This document shows positions 49,727 to 58,373 of a DNA stretch of 64,000 nucleotides, piece by piece. Position 1 is the first letter of the stretch; each line of letters starts with the position of its first letter. The stretch is from IMG/VR virus record IMGVR_UViG_3300046804_006785; one strand, given 5' to 3'. The position numbers and the translations under genes were made by a program. The DNA is from a virus. The notes under the pieces were generated by a model. The model was not told the origin of the DNA and made no database searches. It saw only the letters and a list, made by a program, of their open reading frames with translations.

Positions 49727-51157
49727 ATGCCAGCACCAATTTTAGTTTTACCTCCTATTAAATGGGAATTCAGTCAGGAAAGAAAAATACAGTCCCAAAC
49801 TACTAAATTAGGTGATGGGTATGGCTTAATGGCTATCGTAACTAATTCTATTCGTACTACCGTTGAATTAATAATCCCTAATCTTAGTACAGAAAATAAA
49901 AATGACATAGTTAGTCTGTTTACTAGCTATGGTGGGATTACAAAATTCAGTTGGAGACCTTTGGACACTCTTCCTTACAAAGAGTACATTTGTGATAAAT
50001 GGAGTGTGATTCAACAAGGTACTTATTTGTGGCAGATAACCGCTACATTTACAGAACAAAAAACAGCAGAAGTGATTGTACCAATTGAAATTAGCACGGC
50101 TTTCACTAGATTAAGCTTAAAATATTTCCCGTTAGATCCTATTGCAGATTACAGTACTGTAAGAGCTTTTAATTATGGTGCTGTAACTGACATTATAACT
50201 ATCCTTAATGGTGTCTATCCAGGCAATCAGGCTTTTAATGGAGGTGTATTATTAACTGATGGTAGGGTTTTTTGTGTGCCATTTAATACTAGCCAGGCAT
50301 ACATACATAATCCATTAAATAATACAATAATTACTCCGAGTGGTTTCCCAGGTAGAGAGGCTTTTTTTGGTGGTGTTCTCATGTCAGATGGTAGAGTTTT
50401 TTGTGTTCCCGCTAACTCGACTACAGCGAGAATATATAACCCTACTACTAACACAGTGACCACGCCAGGTGGTATTTATCCTGGCAATAACGCATTTTTT
50501 GGTGGTGTACTGTTACCTGATGGTAGGGTATTCTGTGTTCCTTTTAATGCTAACCAAGCTTACATATATAACCCCACATCCAATACAGTAAGTACACCTA
50601 GTGGTTTCCCCGGTAATGGTGCTTTTGCTGGTGGTGTATTATTATATGATGGTCGCGTTTTTTGTGTTCCCTGCAATTCTACTACTGCAAGAATATATGA
50701 TCCTACAACAAATACAGTGACCATACCTGGTGGAACTTACCCCAGTAATAGTGCTTTTGTTGGTGGTGTACTGTTACCTGATGGTAGGGTATTCTGTGTT
50801 CCTTTTAATGCTAACCAAGCTTACATATATAACCCCACATCCAATACAGTAAGTACACCTAGCGGTTTCCCTGGTAATGGTGCTTTTTGGGGTGGTGTTT
50901 TATTGCCGAATGGTCGAGTTTTTTGTATACCTGCTAACTCAACTACAGCAAGAATATACAATCCTACAACTGATACAGTAAGTACTGCTAATGGTACTTA
51001 TTCAGGTAATGCTGCTTTTGCTGGTGGCGTGTTATTACCAGATGGAAGAGTATTTTGTGTACCTCGCAATTCGACCAATGCAAGACTTTATGGATCCCGT
51101 ATTTTGCCAAATCTTCCTATGGGAAGAACACATTCAGCTTTTGATAACAAACTTTAA
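49727..51157 (+). CDS. Distal tail protein (lambda gpM-like) fused to a 7-bladed propeller
   Basis: KLGDGY, YGGITKFSWRP and CDKWS..ITATFTEQ motifs; seven propeller repeats. Confidence 0.85.
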   Translation: MPAPILVLPPIKWEFSQERKIQSQTTKLGDGYGLMAIVTNSIRTTVELIIPNLSTENKNDIVSLFTSYGGITKFSWRPLDTLPYKEYICDKWSVIQQGTYLWQITATFTEQKTAEVIVPIEISTAFTRLSLKYFPLDPIADYSTVRAFNYGAVTDIITILNGVYPGNQAFNGGVLLTDGRVFCVPFNTSQAYIHNPLNNTIITPSGFPGREAFFGGVLMSDGRVFCVPANSTTARIYNPTTNTVTTPGGIYPGNNAFFGGVLLPDGRVFCVPFNANQAYIYNPTSNTVSTPSGFPGNGAFAGGVLLYDGRVFCVPCNSTTARIYDPTTNTVTIPGGTYPSNSAFVGGVLLPDGRVFCVPFNANQAYIYNPTSNTVSTPSGFPGNGAFWGGVLLPNGRVFCIPANSTTARIYNPTTDTVSTANGTYSGNAAFAGGVLLPDGRVFCVPRNSTNARLYGSRILPNLPMGRTHSAFDNKL

Positions 51158-51162
51158 AAATT

Positions 51163-51795
51163 ATGAGTTTAGTAGCTAATACCCAACAACTAGACACTGA
51201 AATATTTATAGATTTAATTAATATCAAAAATCAGGATTTTGATATAAAAATCTGTAATTATGGAACTGTAAAATTTGGCAACGTTGTCTATCAAGGTTTT
51301 CCTTGCAAAATAAGCAGCTTTAGTAAAACAGGTGAAAGTGTAGAAGCTCGTGCATCCCTAATAGTCTCTGATATTTCTGGGTTAGTAGGTGATGTAATTG
51401 ATAATTATTTTGTCATAGGTGCGGATGTCAATGTAAAACGTACGCAACCTATGTTTTTAGACGGTAATCCCACAGCAGATGCTACCCAATTTTATGAGTT
51501 GAATTTAAAAATTAATCAATATACTGGAGAATATCAGAATCAGTTTACATTTGCTCTCACACCATATTCTTTAGAAAGAAAAAAACTACCAGCTAGGTTA
51601 TATTCTAGAAGATGTCAATGGCAATTAGGTGATCAAAATTGTCAAGCACCATTTAATCTTAATTTTGATATCTTTGGTAATCCTACTACAACGGCTAATA
51701 GAGCTTGTAGAAAAGATTTAGATGCTTGTAAACAATATCATGGGCATACTTTAAGATTTGGTGGTTTTCCTTCAGTAAACAGAATTAGAAGTTAA
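51163..51795 (+). CDS. Tail tip protein L
   Basis: RTQPMFLDG; LPAR..CQW..C..CRKDLDACK..FGGFP four-Cys motif. Confidence 0.9.
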   Translation: MSLVANTQQLDTEIFIDLINIKNQDFDIKICNYGTVKFGNVVYQGFPCKISSFSKTGESVEARASLIVSDISGLVGDVIDNYFVIGADVNVKRTQPMFLDGNPTADATQFYELNLKINQYTGEYQNQFTFALTPYSLERKKLPARLYSRRCQWQLGDQNCQAPFNLNFDIFGNPTTTANRACRKDLDACKQYHGHTLRFGGFPSVNRIRS

Positions 51796-52047
51796 TAGAA
51801 AATCGTCTAACCATTTTAAGGTTTCAGGACATAATCTAAACCATTCTGACTTCCCTAGAATGGCTTTATTTTGCCATAGCATATTATGTATCTTTTTCTC
51901 AAATATTGCTTCATTCTTAACAGAGTACGTTTTGTATAAGCGCAATTTAAAACCGTTTCCTGTTTGTAGTTGTTTAAGTCTTTTTTCTGGATTGTGGGAT
52001 ATCCCAATTTTGTATAAGTCCTGATCTGAGTGTATTATGTATAACAT
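51772..52047 (-). CDS. GIY-YIG-like (T5orf172/MUG113) protein
   Basis: LYII..YKIGISHNPEKRLKQLQTGN..EKKIH..EWF. Confidence 0.85.
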   Translation of the reverse strand: MLYIIHSDQDLYKIGISHNPEKRLKQLQTGNGFKLRLYKTYSVKNEAIFEKKIHNMLWQNKAILGKSEWFRLCPETLKWLDDFLLTSNSVY

Positions 52048-52105
52048 TTAATATTGATAACTTATGTGTAAAATTATATACATCTAAAATAGTTTTATAA
52101 AATGC

Positions 52106-52134
52106 TTGACATTAATTTTAAATGCCGTTATATT
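52106..52134 (+). promoter_or_regulatory. Sigma70 promoter, family 3
   Basis: TTGACA-17-TATATT. Confidence 0.75.
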
Positions 52135-52166
52135 ATTAGTGTGGTTAAAACATAGGTAAACCGGAC

Positions 52167-52544
52167 ATGACAACCGCAACATTAACAGCATACACAGTAA
52201 CTTGTGTTTGTGAAATAGCAACCATAACTACAATAGCAGGTTCAGGTTGTTGGAAACAAGCAGCTAAAAAAGCTAAATCAAGCATACAAGATATTGAGGT
52301 TAATTCTACTTTTATGGTAGAAACCGACTGGCTAAAATTAACAGAGGATGATTGCTGCAATTACGGTGATGATTGGGAAGTCACACAAAAAGCAAAAATA
52401 GTCCTATCCGTTAAAGTCAAGGCAACTGACTGGAAACAAGCAGCAACCGAAGCAATGACCGCAGCGTCAGGCGATTTAGAAATTATATCAGAGAGCGACG
52501 TTAACGTTATCTGGCAACGTGTTACAGAAGATATGGTTGATTAG
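52167..52544 (+). CDS. Hypothetical protein
   Basis: 125 aa after a promoter; internal WKQAA duplication. Confidence 0.6.
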   Translation: MTTATLTAYTVTCVCEIATITTIAGSGCWKQAAKKAKSSIQDIEVNSTFMVETDWLKLTEDDCCNYGDDWEVTQKAKIVLSVKVKATDWKQAATEAMTAASGDLEIISESDVNVIWQRVTEDMVD

Positions 52545-52633
52545 TTTAGTTTTAGGAGTTGCCTTAAATAGGTGACTCTTAAAGTTAGGCATTATCCCGA
52601 GTTGTGTCAAGTTAAAAAAATAAAGAGAATAAG

Positions 52634-52900
52634 ATGACTTTAAGAAATACAGAAAAAACAGAATACCATATCTTAGCTGCTAATAACAAAATTGTAGCTA
52701 AGTTCACATCCTGCAAAATAGAGGATGTTTGGAAAAAGTATAATACCCGTTGCAAACAGCTTCTTCTAAATGCTGAAGATATTCATGATAAAACATCTTT
52801 TGGTGGCCTGTCTTGGAAAGGTAGCCTGAAAAAAGACGGGACTGATACTGTATTGAGATTAGTCAAGGTAAGTAAATCCGGTTATGTATCTACAAACTAA
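52634..52900 (+). CDS. Hypothetical protein
   Basis: 88-aa ORF. Confidence 0.55.
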   Translation: MTLRNTEKTEYHILAANNKIVAKFTSCKIEDVWKKYNTRCKQLLLNAEDIHDKTSFGGLSWKGSLKKDGTDTVLRLVKVSKSGYVSTN

Positions 52901-53300
52901 AACTATGCAAATACTCAAAGCACAGGAACAGCTTACCAATGTTTTATCTGGTAAGTCAAATGACACAACAGAGTTGAGAAGCATTATAACTCAGATAGCC
53001 ATTAATGATCTTTGGTTTTCTGAGGAAAAGATTACCGACTGGATGCAAAAAATAAAAGAAAGTAGGACAACCTACAAAATACTTACTCCAGATGGTGAGT
53101 ATCAAGATCCTGAAATAATAAGATGTCAGGATAAGCAATATATGGTTTTACAGTTGTTACAAGCGTTTGGGAATTTGTCTGGGTTATGCCTTTGTAGGTA
53201 TAGCGAGTTAAAACCCGGTGAGGGAAATAATGAACTTCATTTAGTCTGTATGTTACTTTGGTGGCTAGAGAGATTGGATGAGCATTTAAACCTTGATTAA
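52884..53300 (+). CDS. Hypothetical protein
   Basis: 138-aa ORF followed by a terminator. Confidence 0.55.
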   Translation: MYLQTKTMQILKAQEQLTNVLSGKSNDTTELRSIITQIAINDLWFSEEKITDWMQKIKESRTTYKILTPDGEYQDPEIIRCQDKQYMVLQLLQAFGNLSGLCLCRYSELKPGEGNNELHLVCMLLWWLERLDEHLNLD

Positions 53301-53309
53301 TACAACTAC

Positions 53310-53339
53310 AAACCTAGTACAGAATTACTAGGTTTTTTT
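53310..53339 (+). terminator. Intrinsic terminator
   Basis: AAACCTAGTA-cagaat-TACTAGGTTT plus T tract. Confidence 0.75.
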
Positions 53340-53352
53340 ATTTTATATGGGG

Positions 53353-53381
53353 TTGACATTTGTTTTATCCCATGTTATATT
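53353..53381 (+). promoter_or_regulatory. Strong sigma70 promoter driving the non-coding region
   Basis: TTGACA-17-TATATT with extended -10 TG. Confidence 0.8.
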
Positions 53382-53387
53382 ATATTT

Positions 53388-54310
53388 AATCGAATAAATC
53401 CGATAGCGAAACAATCGAGCGTTGTAACACACCTCAGCGTTTATCATAAAAGCCCTAGACCAGTAAGGAACGCAAGATAAGTCGGTGAAGTCATTACCCG
53501 GCTTGAAAATTAAAGACTCTCATTTAGTTTTTAATTGGAAATTGCTTCTAGTCCGTATGCGTGCGCGTGGCGGATTCTAGTTGAGACCTAAATCCTGTAA
53601 GGATTAAAAGTGAATCAATAAAAAAGTAGTGCAGATTGCGTTGGCCATGACGATACCCTGAAATGGGGACAATATAATTGAGCGGACTTGAGGGGATATC
53701 AAAAATTTAGTAAGGTAGTGAGACTTTACTGAAGGGATTGAACCAAAAAACTAGATCCATATTTGAGCGCGATTTCCATGAACATTAGGTATTAACTAGA
53801 CGAGGGGAGCTACTTTTAGAAGTAAATGACTCCAGGTGCGGCGGTGTAGATGTTAGCAAAAGTCTATTGATACGTAGCTTAAAATATCAGATGAGTTTGG
53901 TTAAACACAGTTTGCGACTACATAAGCGCAAAAAACCATCAGAGCAAGATGTAAAAACACCCACATATCAGTAACCTAACTGATCAAGTAAATAGGACGC
54001 TTCTTGACGACACCAAGAAAAAATTCCTAAGCGGACGGGAATATTGAACCTTAGCGGGGGAGATAAATTGAAAGCAACCATTTTTCTGTATGGTGTACAG
54101 ACAAACAGTAAAATCTTAGCGGGTTCAACTGGGAGAAAGTACAAAACAGATAGAACCCCTTTGGTTGTAGGGTTTTAGTTAGGAAAGCAAAGTAACTTTA
54201 GCGGGTGAAACGCTTGAGGATTAAATAAAACAACCAAAATCACTAAAGAGCTATAGCCCTTGACATCTAGTGGATAGGATGTCAGTTATCCATAGGGTTT
54301 ATTACAGCTT
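53388..54310 (+). ncRNA. Large ornate structured ncRNA (GOLLD/ROOL-like size class; family unassigned)
   Basis: No ORF of 60 aa or more; visibly GC-richer than its flanks; many consecutive hairpins; 5'-3' closing helix 53432-53442/54208-54219; two pseudoknots at the 3' end. Confidence 0.75.
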
Positions 54311-54326
54311 AAAAAATTAAATAGAG

Positions 54327-54737
54327 AACCGGGCATTAAAAAGTTTTTTTAACTAAAAATGCTCAAACATTTATGCTGTCAATTTTTAGGTTAGTACATA
54401 ATTACTATACTATATGCTTACTGTTTTATAAATTACTCTGTTAAGTGTTTATAGTTAGCTAATTGGAATTTCCGCGCCGACTTGTAATAACAGAGTGTGC
54501 TTTATATAAGTATTCTAGGAGTTAAAATATAGTTTTTAATATGTTTTTTACTAAAGTTATTTTTAATACTGATTACTAATAATTTACTGAGAAAAATAGC
54601 AAAAAAAGCTAAGGTGATCCAAAAGTTGAGAAAATCATAATATATAAGCTATCGTTTTTAGAACTTTTGGATCACCCTACAGTTAATAACATCACTTACT
54701 AAAAAACATTAAAAGTAAAAAGCTTTATATATCAATA
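54327..54737. other. Putative origin-like module 2
   Basis: AACCGGGCATTAAA; perfect 15-bp inverted repeat GGTGATCCAAAAGTT/AACTTTTGGATCACC at 54613-54676; AAGCTTTATATATCAATA; mirrors module 1. Confidence 0.5.
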
Positions 54738-54997
54738 GTTCCAGCTATTTATTTAAGTATTTTTTATATTGTTGTATATCTGTATACTATAGTGCGGATA
54801 CCTCTGTTTATTCCTACCGTTTAGCTTAGAACTCTTGCTGTATAAAGGCTCAGAGTATCGTGCAAAAATTAAGTTTTTCAAAAAATTACTGATTGACAGG
54901 TAAGAACTTATAGTGTAGTAGTGCTGTTTTATTTATTTTTAGAAAGAAAGCACGTTTTCTGATATATTTTAGATAGTGGACTTTTTAGGACTTTTTT

Positions 54998-55222
54998 ATG
55001 TTAGACTTAAGACAGGTTGACATTGACAGGTTGCATGAAACACTGGAATTGATGCGCTTGCAGTTGGGGTGGTCTAAAAGACAATTAGCAAGTGAGACAG
55101 GCTTTAGCTATAAACGAGTCCGCATTTGGATTGATACTGGCTATGAAACAGCAAGCTATTCCAGAATCAAGAAAGTATTTCAGGTTATGAAACAAGCGTT
55201 AGAACAGCAAACACAACCATAG
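54998..55222 (+). CDS. XRE-family HTH protein
   Basis: MRLQLGWSKRQLASETGFSYKRVRIWIDTGYETASYSRI. Confidence 0.8.
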   Translation: MLDLRQVDIDRLHETLELMRLQLGWSKRQLASETGFSYKRVRIWIDTGYETASYSRIKKVFQVMKQALEQQTQP

Positions 55223-55227
55223 AACGT

Positions 55228-56832
55228 ATGCCGTACCAATTTTTTAAGGATGACCAGTATTTCATTGCCTTGGATGGTGGTCAAACTGGGTTAAATCAGG
55301 AAGCGATCGCTAAACTGTCTGGCGTACATCAAACCACGATAGGCAGATTAGTCAATAACGTAAGACAAACATTGTCTAACTATGAACAGCTTCAATGTTT
55401 TTACAAAAAGAAAGAATCTCAATATCTGCTAGATGTCTTTGGGCATCAAAATCTTTTTGACAGCAATTATGCTTTTGGGATAATTGCCTACTATGCAGAA
55501 ATAGAAAGGAACTCAGAAGCAATAAAATCTCTAGTCTCCATTGGGCATATTGGACTACGTGCCTATATACAGCACGTTACCGGGTTTCAAGTACATTTAG
55601 GGGGACAGACTGATTTGGACTCCTTACACGACCGTTTGGACATAACTGCAGAAATGTTAAGAAGGACGGATCACAAGGTAGCTAATCTAGAATACTTCCG
55701 AGATCACATTTCCGATATCTGGCAGCATCTCCTAGAGTTTAGGGACGGCAAAAGCTACTACCAGGATTTAGCAGTTCTGCCTCCACAGGTACAGAAAAAC
55801 GCCTTCAAACACATCAATAATCTGAAAGAGATATTCTGGACGATTTATAAGATTAGAAGGGATTGTGGCGTATCCTCACTTGACCAGCTATCAAAAGACA
55901 GGATCGAGATTGTAAATAAAACCTTACCCGCAGCATTGACTACTACCAGGGGTGTACCTGGACGTGGTTGTGATCTGAAAACTTGGCAGTGGGATAAACT
56001 TTTTAGTCTGGATTTTAATATGCTGTATGAGGAAACCTTAGTTTCTCAGGATAAGCAAGGCGTTTCTAAATTTGGCAGACGTAAGGACATTAGCAAAATA
56101 GTCTGTGCTACTGCTAAGGAAAATCGGCTGGTTAAAGATGAGCCATTGATTAATGCAATGGTTGACAGGTTTAAAGCAGACTATCCAGAACGTTTAGACC
56201 TGTTTGAGATAAACACTTACAGATCCCAAAACAATCTTGAGGAAGCTTACCTTTTAGAACGGTTAGCACAATCTGATGTAGAGAAAGGAAAACTACTAGA
56301 AAGGGATTATCCAAGGTTTGATGCTAGTTACAAATTACGTCATCAGATGCGTACTTTTGTAGGGTTCATGCGTCAGTTACATTCTAGTGAAAAGCAATTG
56401 TACTGTTGTATATGCGCTTTTTCAAGCTGGGCAAAAATGATCGTAGACGTAGCACCTGCAAACAGTTTACCCTTTATGCCAACTAGATACTTACCACCAG
56501 ATCAAGAGTTGTATATACATGAACAGTACCGGGGCTTGCCTTATTTAGAAAGACATCATTTCTATTATCCCCAAGTGTTTGATGCCATCTTAGATGTAGA
56601 AAGAATGCTCAAAGTCTTAGCAGACAAGTATCATATTCCGTACAAGAATAGGCTACTCATGCTTAAACTTTTTGAAAGATGTCAATTAAAAGGCTCTCAT
56701 AAGGACTACCGAGCCTTTCATAACGACTTGTCTGCAATGAACGACTGTAAACTAGTGATCGCTAAATGGTGTGCAAATGAACTGCAATCAAAGGATTGTT
56801 TTGATTCTGATTTTGAAAGCCTGACCAGGTAA
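55228..56832 (+). CDS. Antirepressor-like HTH N-terminus plus unknown C-terminus with CxxC/HH motif
   Basis: GLNQEAIAKLSGVHQTTI..IIAYYA..IGLRAYIQHVTGF; C-terminal YCCIC...LERHH. Confidence 0.55.
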   Translation: MPYQFFKDDQYFIALDGGQTGLNQEAIAKLSGVHQTTIGRLVNNVRQTLSNYEQLQCFYKKKESQYLLDVFGHQNLFDSNYAFGIIAYYAEIERNSEAIKSLVSIGHIGLRAYIQHVTGFQVHLGGQTDLDSLHDRLDITAEMLRRTDHKVANLEYFRDHISDIWQHLLEFRDGKSYYQDLAVLPPQVQKNAFKHINNLKEIFWTIYKIRRDCGVSSLDQLSKDRIEIVNKTLPAALTTTRGVPGRGCDLKTWQWDKLFSLDFNMLYEETLVSQDKQGVSKFGRRKDISKIVCATAKENRLVKDEPLINAMVDRFKADYPERLDLFEINTYRSQNNLEEAYLLERLAQSDVEKGKLLERDYPRFDASYKLRHQMRTFVGFMRQLHSSEKQLYCCICAFSSWAKMIVDVAPANSLPFMPTRYLPPDQELYIHEQYRGLPYLERHHFYYPQVFDAILDVERMLKVLADKYHIPYKNRLLMLKLFERCQLKGSHKDYRAFHNDLSAMNDCKLVIAKWCANELQSKDCFDSDFESLTR

Positions 56833-56968
56833 AAAAATAACCCTGATAGTTCTTAAACTATCAGGACGACTTTCATATAAACCGTAAGTGACTTGGTGTT
56901 GTTATTAGATTATACCTCAAGTTCCTAAAATAATCAAATCTGTGTCAAGTATTTTTTTTATAGAATAC

Positions 56969-56997
56969 TTGACATTATTTTTATATGCAGTTATAGT
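56969..56997 (+). promoter_or_regulatory. Sigma70 promoter, family 3
   Basis: TTGACA-17-TATAGT. Confidence 0.75.
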
Positions 56998-57026
56998 AAG
57001 AGAGCAAAGGAAACATAGATAAAACA

Positions 57027-57341
57027 ATGACTGAAGTATTTGAACAATCTGTAGATGATCTAATGTGGAAGTGTTATCAAGCAGCAATAAAAATTGCTTA
57101 TCTTGATGATGAGTATATTCATGTTAGATCACAACCAAGTAGCATATCTGATGACTTGTTTGATGAAATCTGGACTTGGACAGATGGGCATTACCAGAAA
57201 AGCTTTTTTGACCGTATGGAAGGACGATGTTCATTAGCAGCGTTTTATTCTTTCTCTATGGAGAAGGAAGAAAAATATATGCAAGAATTTCTTGCCAAGT
57301 TAAAAGCATTAAAAATAGGAGACTGCAACTGCAATGATTAA
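57027..57341 (+). CDS. Hypothetical protein
   Basis: 104 aa after a promoter. Confidence 0.6.
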   Translation: MTEVFEQSVDDLMWKCYQAAIKIAYLDDEYIHVRSQPSSISDDLFDEIWTWTDGHYQKSFFDRMEGRCSLAAFYSFSMEKEEKYMQEFLAKLKALKIGDCNCND

Positions 57342-57372
57342 TGTATAAATACTTCCCGTTAAGGAAGTTGGA

Positions 57373-57567
57373 TTGAAACTAGTGATAACTAAAATGGTCA
57401 ACTATCGCTTTAAACTTCGTAAACATCAGCACAGAACCAGTAAGATTATATTTTCTAGTTCTTGGTTTACTGCTGATGACTATTTAGGAGCAATATTTAT
57501 CAAAGATCACTTTCTTAAAAATAATCCTGAATTTAAGGATTGTTACATAACATGGGAACATAAATAA
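57373..57567 (+). CDS. Hypothetical protein
   Basis: 64 aa followed by a hairpin terminator. Confidence 0.45.
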   Translation: MKLVITKMVNYRFKLRKHQHRTSKIIFSSSWFTADDYLGAIFIKDHFLKNNPEFKDCYITWEHK

Positions 57568-57639
57568 TAGGTATTTTGACACTCTAGCCTGTAATCTAGA
57601 GTGTTTTATTTTGTATTAAAAAATAATCTTATAAAATAC

Positions 57640-57668
57640 TTGACATTATTTTTAAATACAGTTATATT
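57640..57668 (+). promoter_or_regulatory. Sigma70 promoter, family 3
   Basis: TTGACA-17-TATATT; spacer nearly identical to 56969. Confidence 0.75.
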
Positions 57669-57692
57669 ATAAAAAAATGAATAAAACAAGCT

Positions 57693-57953
57693 ATGGCAAC
57701 CTTAAAACAATTACAAGACAATCTTGAAAAACTACGTCAAGAAAGAAAGGAAATTCTAAAACAGCTTCCTAGTGAGGAGCATGAACGGTTTTGCAAACTG
57801 CCACCAAACAGACCTTTGGTTTATTGTTCCAGACAAAAAGCGCAAGAGTTAGTTAAGAGAATGGAGCAGCTAATCATAGAAGAAGATGATGCGATAAATG
57901 CCATAAATGGTGAAAAATATCGTTTAAAATACGCTGCATTAGTGGGAGAATAA
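57693..57953 (+). CDS. Hypothetical coiled-coil protein
   Basis: 86 aa. Confidence 0.6.
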   Translation: MATLKQLQDNLEKLRQERKEILKQLPSEEHERFCKLPPNRPLVYCSRQKAQELVKRMEQLIIEEDDAINAINGEKYRLKYAALVGE

Positions 57954-57957
57954 AACA

Positions 57958-58245
57958 ATGCTTAAAGGATATGCCATATTAGATGGCTACAAATTAATAG
58001 ATCGCTGGGATGGTCATGTAACACAATTACATGATATTAGAGACATGGATAAAACATTTGATAAACTCTACAGCCGAGTAGAACGGCGTGGAATAGAACT
58101 AGAGAATGATCTTAGTATTGTGTTAGGTAACTACCGAAAGTTTGATCCTGATTATGATCATGATTTTAAAAAACTAGAACAACTCATAGCTGATGAGGGA
58201 AGACAAACCCGGGAATTTAAGCATTGGTATTACCATGTTTTATAG
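57958..58245 (+). CDS. Hypothetical protein
   Basis: 95 aa; GGAG RBS. Confidence 0.6.
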   Translation: MLKGYAILDGYKLIDRWDGHVTQLHDIRDMDKTFDKLYSRVERRGIELENDLSIVLGNYRKFDPDYDHDFKKLEQLIADEGRQTREFKHWYYHVL

Positions 58246-58373
58246 AGTACACAAATAAAACGACCTAAGATAGCCTAACAAGCTATCTTTTTTTATGAGT
58301 ACTTGACATTAATATTAAATATAGCTATGCTGCTATACTAATAAATATCATTTTGAAACACAAAGGCGAAACT

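Noticed and set aside
48183-51157. Diversity-generating retroelement acting on the propeller repeats
   Set aside because: No reverse transcriptase or non-coding template repeat in the window; variable NNT codons fit AT codon bias, and TGG variants occur. An RT elsewhere in the genome cannot be excluded
51772-52047. Mobile homing endonuclease or intron
   Set aside because: Only a 91-aa T5orf172-type domain; it interrupts no gene and has no intron structure
53548-53845. Circularly permuted group II intron (CCGTATGCG hairpin resembling domain V, followed by GTGCG at ~53836)
   Set aside because: The hairpin is too short and lacks the AGC/CGC triad, AC bulge and GNRA loop; it should still be included in a cmscan
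53340-54990. CRISPR array or tRNA cluster in the long non-coding region
   Set aside because: No regularly spaced repeats and no cloverleaf with a T-loop (TTCGA) and acceptor stem could be found
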